Assembly: GCA_050084985.1 (NCBI GenBank)
Contig: JBITNC010000001.1
Location: 27,032,001 to 27,096,000, forward strand
Reading direction: 5' to 3'
Length of the DNA stretch: 64,000 nucleotides
DNA from: Nageia nagi
Lineage: Eukaryota; Plantae; Pinophyta
Shown: positions 12,806 to 26,093 of the stretch, one piece after another
Position numbering within the stretch: position 1 is the stretch's first letter
How the letters are laid out: every line of letters starts with the position of its first letter
Translations under genes and position numbers: made by a program
The notes under the pieces: generated by a model
The model's database searches: none
Seen by the model: only the letters and a program-made list of their open reading frames with translations
Told to the model about the DNA's origin: nothing

Positions 12806-15800
12806 TGATTCAAATTGAATCATGTTAGGTTGTCTTTGTAGTAGCAGTACTCATTACAAAGGTATATGTTCTTGGAGATAGGCAAAAGACTAAAATCTAG
12901 AGTTGATTTGCATATAGAACCATGATACTAGGGGCATGTTATACTGTATTTAGGTCATTAATGTTGTGCATCTTGATGAATCAATAGGGGAAATTGAAGG
13001 GACATTGACACTTTGGGCAACTAAGCAATTTAGTGTCTTCAAGCAACATCTTGGAGATGATTCTAGGCTTATTTTAGGGGTATGCTCTTCTTTGATTCCA
13101 CAAAAAAAAGGGGGAGTTGTAAAGAGTTTTAGAATTTTGGGATTGTAAGAATTTGAAGGAATGCCAAGAGTCATTCTAAATTTTTTGTAGTTCTAAAATT
13201 GTTCTTCTTATTGTAGGAGATTATAGTAATTGTAAGAGATTGTATTGTCATTGTGTTGATGGTATTTCTCTATGCATGTAATATTGTAATGTCAATAGAC
13301 AATGAGAAGAGAAGGTTCCAATTCCATGTTATATTAGCCCATATTAGGTGAACCAAGATAAAATCATTGTATTTATCTTGTTGTGTATTTGAGATTGCTA
13401 GTTTGTAATTTTACATTATATAATTTTGAACTTATATGAAATTTGTATGATCTCATAATGGTGAATGTTTTTGCATTTGAATATGTAAGTGAGGATATGA
13501 GTATGCTATAAGAATCTGGTGATTATAGATCACATGGTATCAGAGCTTGTGTGTACAAAATTTAGGGCTAAAATTTTGGGGATTTCATGTTGCCAATGCA
13601 TGATTTTTTATGTTCGAGAGGAGATATCAAAGACTAGAGTTGATTCCATAGGATCCTGAGATTGGTCAAAGGAGAAAAGTGATAGAAATAGATAATGCAA
13701 AGGAGCAACATTCTATTGTTCATACCATGTTGGATGCCAATTTTGAAAGGAGATTTTCAGCAATGGAGAATCATTTAGCTTATTTGGCTAATTTGTTGGT
13801 TGCTAGAGAAAATGTAAATCTCAATCATGGATAACATGATGTAGTTGTAAGACCTGACTCATCATCTTCATCAAATTGAGTTTCATTCAAGGTGGAGGCT
13901 AAAGTGGACATTCCTACTTTTGAAGGAGAGGTTGATGCAAAAAAGTTGAACAGTTAGTTGAAACAATTGGAGATTTATTTCCAAATTCATGGTATTGTAA
14001 ATGATGTTGATAAAATCTCTTTTTCTAGATTAAGGATGAGTGGACATACTTTAGTTTGGTGGGAAATCCATGTAGAAACTATAAATCATGAACACTTATC
14101 AGAAATATCTTCTTGGAATGAATTTAAGGAGTTGTTAAGATATCAATTTTATCCATTAGGATATCATAATAAATAATTGATGAAATGGTAATTCTTTAGA
14201 CAACAAAGAGGGCAAATAGTTCAAGAGTACACTATCGAATTTAGGAACTAAGCTACTTTGCTTGGGGTTTCACTAAAATATCCTTAAACTTTAATGAAGT
14301 ACATTGGAGGTTTACATAGTCATTTGCAAAAGACTATCATGTTGTTTAATCATACTAATCTTGATCAAGTGTGTGTGAAAGTGCACTACTTAGAGGAGGA
14401 TGGTAAAGCAAGGAGATAATATCATGAGTCTAAGAAGGCTTCTAATTCAAGGGAGTATAGGAGAAAGGTAAATCTTACAATAAAAGAAAAGGTAAGCAAG
14501 AAACTAAGACCACAAATATTCAAAGAAAGAAGGTGATAGTAGACATTGTATGGTCATATTGATGATAACTGTTGGAAATTACATCTGGACTTACATCCAT
14601 ATAGGCATAAGAATAAGGATAAAACTAATGCTATGGTTCTTAGAAGTGAAGATATTGAGAGAATTTTAGATGTTGATGAGAGAATAATTGTTCAACCATT
14701 CAAAAGGTTGAAGAGCATCCATACATTGAAGAAAAAATGATTCAATTATCCCCTCTCAAAATCCAAATTAAGAAAACTAAAGTAAATTGCATTGTTGATC
14801 TGGGTTCTAAAGAAAATTTGATTTCAGAGACTATGGTAAGTAATATGGTATTAGAAACTCTCAATCATTCAAATCTCTATCCTTTTGGTTGGGTGCATCA
14901 CAATGCTAGTTTACAAGTCACTAAACAATGTAAGTTGAAATTTTCTATTTGTGCAAAGTACATTGATGAAGTTGTGGCTGATATTTTTCTTTTAGATATT
15001 TATGGTGTTATTATTGGTAAACCTTATGGGATAGAGATGGTATCTATTACAAAAGATTGAACAAATTATGATTGGTAAAAGATTGAAAGGTGTTTCTAGC
15101 TAGTGCACATAAAAGTAGGAAAAAAATATATTTGGTCACTTCCATTTAGGTAAAATGTCTTGTAAATGATTCTAAAAAGTTTGTTATGTTCATATATTGA
15201 AAATAAGAATCTCAAGTGAGGTGAATATCAAGCTATCAATGATGTGTAATATTGATTGTATGTCATTAGCGATATGCAATAGAGAGGAACATATGCAAAA
15301 TTATGTTTGGGAGTTTGTTGACTTATTTAGAGAGCTATAGGGATTACCTCCTATGCAAGATATACAACATGATATTCAGTTGCAACCTAATGCTTCATTA
15401 CTTAACATAGCTTTGTATCAAAAATCAATTTTGGAGTAAGAGGAGATAAAGAGACAAATTTAGGAGTTGGTTGATCAAGGTGTGATCAAACCAAGTCCAT
15501 CTCCATGTGGATCATCTATTATTTTGGTTCCCAAGAAAGATCAAACTTGGAGAATATGCATTGACTATAAAGCACCTAACAAAATCACCATAAAAATCGC
15601 TATCCTTTTCCTTGGATAGATGATCTTTTGGATCAGTTGCAAGGGGTAAGATTCTTCACAAAATTGGACTTGAGGAGTGGATATCACCAAGTTCGAATCA
15701 AGGAGAAGGACATTTGGAAGACTTATTTCAAGACAATACAAGGCCTATTTGAGTGGTTTATTTTTCCATTTGGTTTATTCAATGTATCAACCACATTTAT

Positions 15801-18800
15801 GAGGGTAATGAATGATGTACTTCATCCATTTATTGATTCTTTTGTTATTGTATACTTGTATGATATTATTATTTATAGTTATACTTGGAAAAAACATGTT
15901 GAACATCTTATACAAGTATTTCAATCTTCACATAGGGAAAATTTGTTGTTGAAACATTCCAAATATGAGTTTGGCAAAGAGTCTTTGGTGTATTTGGGCC
16001 ATGTTATTGGTCATGGCCAACTCAAGATAGATCCTAGTAAAAAATGTTATAGTAGATTGGCCAAGGACATCTAATGTAACTATAGTAAGAAGTTTCTTAA
16101 GTGCTATCTAATATTTGATAAAGTTTATTATTGATTTTTATCATGTTGCTTCACCTTTACATGATGTAACCAAAAAGAGAAAAGGTTTCCAATGGAGGAA
16201 ACAACAACAAACATCTTTTGATACTTTGAAATAAAAGATTATTAGTGCACATGTGCTAGCACTTCCTAGTTTGCAAAATTCTTTTTAAGTGGAGACTGAT
16301 GCAAGTGACTATGTCATGGAAGTCATTTTGTTACAAGAAGGTAAACCAATTTGCTATCATTCAGAAAAATTTAGAGGGTATATTTTGAATTATCCTACTT
16401 ATGATAAGGAAATGTATGCATTGGTTCAAGCTATTAAAAAGTAGGAACATTAATTAATGGGGAAAGAGAAAATAATTCATATTAATCATCAACCATTAAA
16501 GTATTTACAAACTCAATCAAAATTGCAACAAACTAGACATTATAGATGGATGGGTTTTTGTTAATAGCATGTAGTATTGATTATGGGCCATTAGCAATGT
16601 GCAAATAGGGTTCAGTGAGTTCTCTCTCATTGCTAAAATTTCTTCCTTTTCTTTTCAAGTCATTTTCAAAGGCATATGTGTAGGATCTTAACTTTGGAAA
16701 AGTGTATGAGCAAGTGTTTTCATATAGGTCAAAGTATGACGATTTGGATGATTTTCATTTGCAAAATAGACTTCTTTATCATTTTAATACATTATGTGTA
16801 CATATAGGTGAAAGGATTGGACTGATTAGAGAAGCACATACTTCAAAGATTGCAGGACATTTTGGGGTTGGAAACACATTGTACAATTTGCAAAGGTATG
16901 TATATTGGCCAAAAATGAAAGATCAAGTTGCCAAGTACATAAAGGGTATTCTTTGTGTTGCACCAGCAAGTCAAGTAATAAGAAATTGGATTTTTATTAC
17001 ACTTCCAGTACCTTCACATCCTTGGGAGAGTATTTCCATGGATTTTATGGGAGGATTTCCTATGAATAAAAAGGGTTATGACTATTTATTTATTGTTATG
17101 GATAGATTCAGCAAGATGTGTGTTTTGATTCCATGTAAGAATACTATAATAGGATAAGATGTTGCAAATTTATTCTTTTCTCATGTTTGGGTTCATTTTG
17201 GATTGCCTAATTCCATTGTTTCAAATAGAGATAGTATATTTTTGGGCAAGTTTTGGACATGTTTGTGGGAAAAGATGGATATAAGGTTGAAGAGGAGTAT
17301 TTCCTTTCATCCTCAAGTGGATGTACAAATTGGGGTGATGAATAGGATAGTGGTTCAACTCTTGAGGGGTTATTATGGCAAGCACCCTAAGTCTTGGGAT
17401 GAACATCTTGAATATATCCAACATTCATATAATAGGGAAATTCATTTGTCCATTAATAAGAGTCCTTTTGAGACTTGATTTGGTTATTTACCACCTTTAC
17501 CTTTTCATTGTATGTTTGAGAAGTAAAAGGATGAAGAAGATTCACTTGAAAAAGAGTGAAAGCAAGCTAAAAAATCTATTGAAAAGATTAGGCAAATTCA
17601 TTTGAAAGTCCAAGAACAACTTAAAACAAGCCAAGCCAAATACAAGATGCAACATGAAAAACATGGAGTTGACCATAAGTTTCATGTGGGAAACCATGTT
17701 TGGTTGCATATTAGTAAGGAGAGGTTACAAGGACATTTAAGAAGTTGAATCCTATAAGGTATGGACCATTTGAGATTATGGAGCAACTAAGTGAGAATGC
17801 TTTTAGATTGAATCTATCAGAATATATGAACATCTATTCAGTTATGAATGTTGAGCATTTGAAAATGCATGAGCTATCTATATTAACTAAAAAATGAAGT
17901 AGGTTTAGATCATATTTTGTCATCTATTGATGAATTAGCTCCTAATACTAAGGATAAACTCAAGGAGGATTCTATATTGCAAAATAAGGTCTGTACTACA
18001 AGAAGAGGTGAGATAGAGATGTGGTTGGTTGGATTGAAAGTACAAAGGCCTATAAAATCCAAGTGGATGGGCAAGTCTAGAGTTGGGGATTTGTATCCTC
18101 ATCTATGCATTTGTGAAACCAAATGCTTTACCATTGGGTAGGTGTGATACAAATTGGATCATGTCAGGTTGTCTTTGCAGGAGCACTACTCATTCTAGAG
18201 GTATATGTTCCTAGAGATAGGCTAAATACTAAAAACTAGAGTTGATTAGCATATAAAACCACATCAATAGCATCATGATATACTATATTCAATATGTTAA
18301 CAGCATGCACCTTGATGAGGTGATAGGGGAAATTGAAGGGACATTGACATTTTAGGTAGCTGAGTGATTTAGTATCTTCAATTGACATCTTGGAGATGAT
18401 TCCAAGCTTATTTAAGGGGCATGCTATTCTTTGATTCCACACAAAAAAAGGGGAATTATAGAGAGTTTTAGGATTTTGGGATTGTAATAATTTGAAGGAA
18501 CACCAAGAGTCATTCCAAAGTTTTTGTAGTTTCAAAATCATTCTTTTTGATGTAGGAGATTGTAGTAATTATAGGAGATTGTATTGCCATTGTGTTAATG
18601 GTATTTCTTTATGCATGCAATATTGTAATGTCCATAGATAATGAGAAGAGAAGGCTTTAATTCCATGTTGGATTAGCCCATATTGGATGAACCAAGGTAA
18701 AATTATTATGTTGATCTTGTTGTGTGTTTGAGATTGCTAGTTTGTAGTTTTAAATTGTGTAATTTTGAACTTATATGCAATTTGTATGATCTCATAATGG

Positions 18801-18872
18801 TGAATGTTTTTTTTGTTTGAATCTATAAGTGAGGATGCGAGTATGCTATAAGAATTTGGTGATTACAAATCA
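12806..18872 (+). mobile_element. Full-length degenerate Ty3/Gypsy element, chromovirus-like
   Basis: LTRs 12806-13532 and 18145-18872 (TG...CA). Exact 5-bp TSD GGTAT (12801-12805 / 18873-18877). PBS TGGTATCAGAGC at 13535-13546. Short PPT at 18134-18144. Confidence 0.95.
13590..18141 (+). pseudogene. Gypsy gag-pol (gag, PR, RT, RH, INT, chromodomain-like tail), disrupted
   Basis: gag 13958-14176. PR CIVDLGS in 14737-15060. RT 15628-16074 ([27 protein letters not shown]). INT 16702-17478 (PWESISMDF..DRFSKM). Tail WLVGLKVQRPIKSKW in 17917-18141. Confidence 0.92.
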
Positions 18873-18992
18873 GGTATGTCCAAAATATAGCTACAATATA
18901 TGCATTTGATCCATTTTTGGCTATCTCTATCTTATTCTAGGTGCAGATGATATGAAAGTTGTATAGACATAGCTGATAAATAGGAACTATAC

Positions 18993-18995
<3 letters not shown>

Positions 18996-19024
<29 letters not shown>
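18996..19024. repeat. (TA)n microsatellite
   Basis: Uninterrupted TA run read directly. Confidence 0.95.
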
Positions 19025-19026
<2 letters not shown>

Positions 19027-19067
19027 TATAAAATCACATATCCCTGATATGTGGTACTATCATTTCC

Positions 19068-22000
19068 TTATAAAATGCTTGAGATATTGGTCATTAACTT
19101 GAATGGGCATGAATTTTCCATTCATGTGGGGTAACTAGTATGTATTAAGTTGCTTGCATTCATTACTAATAAATGGTATTTCCCATAAGGAATCAAACTT
19201 CCTATGTTTACCTAGATTGGATTTCTACTCATTCCATTTTAACACCAAGTCTCCCTTTTTGAACTAAATTAGAGAGGCCTTTTTCTTATTAAACTAGGTC
19301 TTAACAATAGACTATCTCTCTTAGAACCTATCAAAAGCTTTATCTCCTTGCTCTTCCAACTTGATCAACTACATATATCTGCATTGCAATAAATTGGAGC
19401 AGCATAACTTATCTTCCATAAGAATCTCCAATGCAGGAATCTCTATATGCATTAGAAAGATAGCCCTTTTCTCCATACACTAATATATAAGGAGAGGTTT
19501 TAATAGATTCTTTTATACATATTCTATCAATCCAGAGTGCAAAGTCCAACTTCAAGTGTCATTTCCTTGGATTATCTTCTATTATTTTCTTGAGATTGCA
19601 AATAATATTTTTTGTTAGTTGATTTAGCTAGGCCAGTCCCTTATGAATAGTAATTGAAATAGGTCTTCCAAATGATATTATACTTTATGGAAAATTCCAT
19701 AATCTTTGCCCCAATAAAATCATATCCATTATCTAAAACTATTATAGTTGGAATCCCAAACCTTTATGATTAATTTCTCCAAGAATGTCAACACACTATC
19801 TTTATCCACATTCTTTGAAGGGATGGCTTCTACCCATATTGTAAGGTAATCAGTAGTAGTAAGTATAAACTTATGTCCTACAGAAGAATTAGGATTGATG
19901 AATCCTATAAACTCCAAAACCCATTGTTGAAATGGCTCTTCAATAACTACTGGTTTTAGAGGCATGACAACACTTCTTCTTCTACCAACAAATCTAAGGT
20001 ACTTTTCACACTCCTTAGTAGTTTCATGTGAATACTTACACATAGTAGGCTAGTATTACCCCACTTGAATAATTTTTTCAATCATTTTCTATCTAAAATA
20101 ATAAAACACATGAGAATCTTGAATGAAATTATTTCAAAAGAATTGGAACATCAATAGGTTGCTCCAAGTAAGGAGTACTCCATTATAATTTCTTTTGTAG
20201 AGTTTGTTATGAATAATTGTGTAATTGGATGCTTGAAGCTTAAACCTTATTTTGTGAGGAGTAGTTAAATTCTTGTCTTGAAATATCTAATTAATTTTAT
20301 AAGCCATGGCATTAAGAATTCAGACATAAATTCATGTTCCTCATCACTTTTTTGGAAATAAACTTTAACATTATCAAAAGTGGAAGTACTATCATTATCT
20401 GATGTAAAGGTAGTGTCAGAGTTTGATGTAGAATCAATGTCTTGACATAATGCTCTACCTGGCACTTTTTTTGTAGGTCTTATCTCTACATCACATTACA
20501 GTATTTTATTAATCCATCCAACCTTTTCCCCATAATATTATTTTTGCATGATGAAGTTTTGGACATCCAAATGAATGGTATAAATAAGTATCCTATTGTG
20601 TGAGAGAAAATATCTAAACTTCTTTAGGCCTCTCATTATAGCAAAGACTTTTTTCTCAACAAAGGTATATTTGGTTTTTGTATCATACAAAGTTTTATCA
20701 TAAAAAGAGATGGGGTATTCTTGTTCATCTTTTTACTTCTGAGTAAGGACTATAACAATACTCTTTTCCAACCCAAATATATATAAAATGAAGTTTTTAC
20801 TAAATTTTGGGTTCTTTAGCATAGGATAAAAGAGGATGGCCTCTTTGATATTATTGAATGATTCACTAGCCTTTGATGTCCACAAGAATATCACATCTTT
20901 TTTAAGAATGTATAAAATATGCTTAATATTTTGGTAAAAGTTGTGGATGAACTTTCTAATAAAGTTAATATGACCAAGAAATGATTGCAGAGCCTTTTTG
21001 TTAGATGGAAAAGGGAAGTTTCTTATAGCTAATACTCATTCTGGTTCAATAGCCATCCCTTGTTTGGAGACTATGTGGCCTATGAACTTACCCTCTTTAA
21101 TAATAAAGATAGATTTCTTTGTATTTAAAGAGATACCAAAAGCTCTACATTTTTCTAACATTTGTCTAATATGTCACACGTAATCCCTTCCATCCTTGGA
21201 GAAAATAGTGATATCATCTAGGTACACTAGAATTATTTTACTAATCAATGGATTAAAGGCATTATCCATATATTTTTGAAAAGTAGAACCAACATTAAAA
21301 AGGCCCCATTTTCAAAGGCATCCTTTTGAAAACAAAAGTGCTCCATTCTATTATGAATACAATTTTCTGATGATCATTATCCTTGACCAAAATCTAGTTG
21401 AAACATGAGAATCCATCAATCGATGAATAACACTCTGCTTCATTTATTGTATGGAGAATTTGATCCATTAGAGAGATCGAATAATGGTCCTTTAATGATG
21501 TTTGATTAAGATTTATAAAATCAACACAAGTCAAATTTTTTCACTATTTTTCTATACTAGTACCAAGTTAGAGACCCAAGTTGTATTTTTAATGGCATGT
21601 ATGATTTTTGCATCCAATAATTTGATTAATGTTTATTTCATTATTGCCTCTATCCTTGGATTGAATACCCTTTTTTATCTAAATGGGACAATATCCTTTT
21701 TTAGCTTGATAGAATGTTGAATTACATCCATGTTATATTTCTTATGGTATTGGTAATTCCATGCAATTATATCTTGTAATTCTCTTGATAAGAGAATCAT
21801 ATCCTTGATCTCATGTGGAACTAAATCTATCCCAATCTTTACCCTTTTGTTAGGGAGGAAATATATTTCATGATAAGTTTTTCTTTGTTTATTATAGGAA
21901 GAAGTTCTAAATCGATCTTCTATGTTGAACTCCTACTCTAGGGATATAAGGGCTTTTGGGATAAAATTATTTTTTAGTTGAACAATGTCTTTGTTCTAAA

Positions 22001-23755
22001 GGACATCATGTGTGTCTCTAGTATAATTTAAACTCATAGCCTTACAAACAATTTTTTGTATCACAATGGTAGCAGCTCTAGTGTCTACCAAGCAATTATG
22101 TACAAGCCAACCATCCATTCTTAAAGAACTGTAAAATGGATCAGCTCTAATTTTTTCATTCCAAGAATAATTTCTAGCTGAGCTAAAGAAATATTAGGAT
22201 TTCTAGAAGTTAACATAATAGTTTTTAATGATTCTTTTAATAAGTCCACCTGGTCAAGAATTAACAATGCATCAAACATAGATGCTCTTGAAGGAGCTTT
22301 CTTCATCTCATTTACAATATTGAAGGGGTAATTGGTTTAATGCCTACCTTCATAATCTAATTTATATATCCTTTGCTATTGTTGAGAAGTCTCCTCTTTG
22401 TGTACGGGTGACTAAAGGAAATCTCAAGCTTCTAGCCATAAGTTCTCATTCTCATATCTGGGAAGCAAAGTCCTTGGTCCTAGAATGTCATGCATAGTAG
22501 ATATTTCTTCTAATGATGTTTTAACTTGATTATATAGGATATTCTTCTCTTCTTGTAATAGAATAAATTGTTCTTTGTCATAGTGGAGGCTCATCCCTTC
22601 TATTAGTCTTTGGATTTACTTATCTAGTAGATCTTATTTCAACTTGAAAGATAACATCATAGAGAGTTGAATTCATACATACAATATTAGGGAATTCTTC
22701 ATATTTCATGTTCTATTTGGAATTTATAGCCAACTTCTTAGCTTCTTTTGTCATTTTGTAATAATGAATGTAGATTACACAAGTTTCTAGAATGTGAGGG
22801 TCATTACAAACTGAACACTAATAGTCAAGTTTTGCAGTTTGCTCTTGCATGTTAGTAGCTACTGAAGAATTAATTTAAAAACATGTTTGATATTTATCTG
22901 TATAAGGCATTATTCTCTAATTATTGGGCTCATATATCTCATATCTCCTTTTTGGGATAGCTCTATCTTATAACAAGATCTTGTTTTGCATGTCTCTCAC
23001 TAGAGCCTTTAAGTCTTATATCTCAGAGGTTTCAGTAGAAATGGTAGTAGGGTCTACAACTCTTAGTGGAATTGGAGCTAACACAGGTGGGGGTAATACA
23101 AGAGATTTTTACTGAGATGGTATTCCAGAAAAGAGAGGCATCACAATTCTTATGGGTAACTTTCCCATAATTATCAAATCAAACTCAACTTTAATAGCCA
23201 CTCTATATATTTCTAGGAAGGTTGTCACCTTTTCATATCTTATTTGATGAGTTAAAATTGATTAAAAGGACTTAAAATAATACATGTTAGCATGTGAGTC
23301 TTATGGTCTTAAATAAATAGGAACTTTATCTCATGATTTCTTAAACTGATTATTGAAATCAGTTACATACTCTTGGTTTTTCCTTTTGATAGAGGTAAAA
23401 TGAGTAAGCAAGGACATTGGATCAGCAATTTCATCAAATTCATCCATAAATACTCTATCAAGATCAACCAATGAGGTAATAGATACATCCGAGAGGGATT
23501 TACACCAATTTATGATGTTTCCTTTGAAATCCATGGCTAACAAATGAACTAAATATCTTTAGTTATAACATTGTGGTTCCTATCCTGATTAAGGACATCT
23601 TTGCAATGTTCAAAAGTAGATATGGTGTTATCCATACCATCAAAAATATGATTAATATTGACCACCACTTAAGGTATTGTAGCATTAGTGTCTAGATTCA
23701 GGGGACATCCACAATTGAACATTGGAAACTTGGGATGAGCTGCTTGAGAAGCCAT
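19068..23755 (-). pseudogene. gag-pol of the large Gypsy (gag, protease, RT, RNase H, integrase), many stops and frameshifts
   Basis: gag ORF 23331-23543 (YVTDFNNQF). Protease HNCLVDT at ~22080-22110. RT VYLDDITIF at ~21205-21230. Integrase ORF 19729-20043 (PFQQWVLEFIG..HKFILTTTDYLTIWVEAIP). C-terminus VNDQYLKHF at ~19070-19100. Confidence 0.85.
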
Positions 23756-24123
23756 TATAATCTTATGAAGAGGATTAATTAAAGAAGGAAGTAGCAAAGT
23801 TGTAGGTATAGTATCTAGAAACTCATCAGTTTCAAGTATAGTAGGTAATGGTTTCTTCCTAAGTCTCCTTCTAGAATCTAATTCTATAAATATAGGGTGT
23901 TCTTGTAACTCTTTTGCTCTTCTCCTTTCTAGTATAAAACTTGTGAGGAGGAAAAAAATAAATATGTAAGCAAGTCTAAGAAAAAAATATCATACTTAGT
24001 ATAAAATGTAACTTGTAATCATAAAAAGGGTAATCATAAAATCTAACAAAGTTGCCAATAAGGTCTATACAAACCTTATAAATTTCAAACTAGTGGATTA
24101 GATTTCCATTAGGTGTGTCAAAA

Positions 24124-26093
24124 TGGAGTTTATTATTGATTGACCTAATGTAATAAATGAGTTATGCTCATTAACCAATGTAAGTCCTGGATGCGAGATA
24201 CAAACTAGTTATAAATTGATCCTTGGTATGAAGGTCAACTCCTTATCCATTGGGGTTTTGAGTCTAAGGGATATAAAGTTAAGAGATAGAAATGTATAAG
24301 GCTAGATAGGGTGAATTAGCACCATCATAGGAATCATAGGATTTCTAATCCTTTGGTACAGATAATGTTCAAATTTCACAACCATAGGTAGTCTTAGATT
24401 CTTATACTAGTAAAATGACTATAGTACCTAATAGCCTAAGTCAAATCCATGCATTAATTCCTTCCTAGGAACACACAACTATTAGCAACAATCCTAGAGA
24501 GACAAAGATTTCATACACAATCCAAGAGGGAAAATAATATGAGCTCATTATTCCAAAATATAAATAGTAATATTCAGATGGAAATATTTAACATAAATAT
24601 CAAATCTTTTATTTAGTAGGGGTCACTTGTATTTCTAAGAAATTTTTACAAGAATCGATATGGCTTCCCTACCTACTAAATTAATTACAAATTATGAGTT
24701 GTATACATTTATTGATTACAAAATAAGATCTATAGATATTTTTTTTAGATATTTACATATACTAAGTATCAAATCTTCAAAAAATTAGATTGATTCGAAG
24801 TTTCAAAATGAGAAGAATGCCCTTATCTCCTTAATATGAAGGTACGAGTCACATCTTGAAGCTTCTGATAATAAATTCCTCAATTTCCATGCTATCGATT
24901 AATATCTTATTAGGATTAGGGTTTACTTTGAGCAAGCTACATGTATGCAGCTAGACACTCTTTGGATTTAATTGATTTTAGAGTTATTACAGATGATCTA
25001 ATAATATTTGGCCCTTCAATTTGATTAGACTTTAACTGAGATATGGTTGTAAGATTTATTACCTCAATCCATGACCCAACAATCAATTTTTATCTATCAA
25101 GTTTGTGATAGTTGGTAGCTTGATAATCATTTTTTCAATCCTTTTATGCTAATTTTATATTCAAGGGTATTTTATAGTTTGAAGTTGTTACAGTTTTAAT
25201 TCTTGAATCCACACCCTTTAATTCATATCGATTATGGATATTGAAGGCAAATTTGCATTCATTTTGTAATAATTTGTAATGCGAAGCTGATATGATTATG
25301 TAAGTGCTCTCTGGAGTGCGGATTAAGTCTTTTATGGTACGTGGTAGCTTATTTGGGCTCCTTCATGTTTCTCTTCCAAATGATCTAGGGTGTGGATTCT
25401 TTGTATTTTTAATTGCAATTTTGGATTATGGAGTGAAATGTGGCATCATATGATAGGGTATTATTGTGTATGATTGTTACCAAATAAATTTGGACTATGG
25501 GGTAAGATTGTTAGATGAATCTAGGATGTGAAGGTACCATTATGATGTAAGCCTTCTCTAGGATGGAGATTTGTTTATTTTCCTTGCTTTCTTCGAGGTG
25601 CAAAGTTGACATAATGATGTCAACTTCTTCTAGAGTATGGATGTTCTATTTTTTGAACATGGTAAGGCCTTTGTTTTGTAACTTTACAATGCAAAATAGA
25701 TATGATTATGTCATAAGAATTTGAAGTGTGTATTTTTGTTCATTCTGAGCTTGAACTTAGCCAAATTTATTCATTTTGGGTTCCAAAGATATGCTGGTGA
25801 TGTCATGAGTTTCGAAATGCAGATTATGCCTAAGTTACATTAAAAACTTGTAGTAAAAAAAAAACTATGGAAATAATATTTGGATAGGTTAATATAAGTG
25901 TGGATTGAGAAATTAATATACTTAAAAATATAAATTATACTTATGCATCTTGGATTGATCATAATTTGAACAAGATTATTCATATTTGAAAAAAGAAATG
26001 AACATAACCATAGTCATACATAAAATTAGAGCCAAAAAAAATAGTCATTCGATTTTTTTGATTAAAAATATTGTGTACAAAATTATGTCTACA
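24124..26093 (-). repeat. 5' LTR (~1.97 kb) of the large Gypsy
   Basis: Starts TGTAGAC at 26093 on the minus strand and ends CA at 24124, followed by the PBS-like site. Its right-hand ~260 bp match 2506-2787. The left boundary rests on the PBS only. Confidence 0.7.

Larger units (their letters stand above)
2506..26093 (-). mobile_element. Large Ty3/Gypsy non-chromovirus (Athila/Tat-Ogre group) element, degenerate, host of three nested insertions
   Basis: Direct repeat 2506-2787 vs 25831-26093, both ending GTCTACA (TGTAGAC start on the minus strand). A PBS-like TGACACACCTAATGGAAA on the minus strand at about 24103-24120 resembles the tRNA-Arg(UCU) PBS TGGCACACCCAGTGGGAC. gag-PR-RT-RH-INT order on the minus strand. 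Confidence 0.85.

Noticed and set aside
12950-13174. ORFs at 12950-13174 and 18236-18541
   Set aside because: They fall within the paired LTRs and the frames are not conserved between the two copies.
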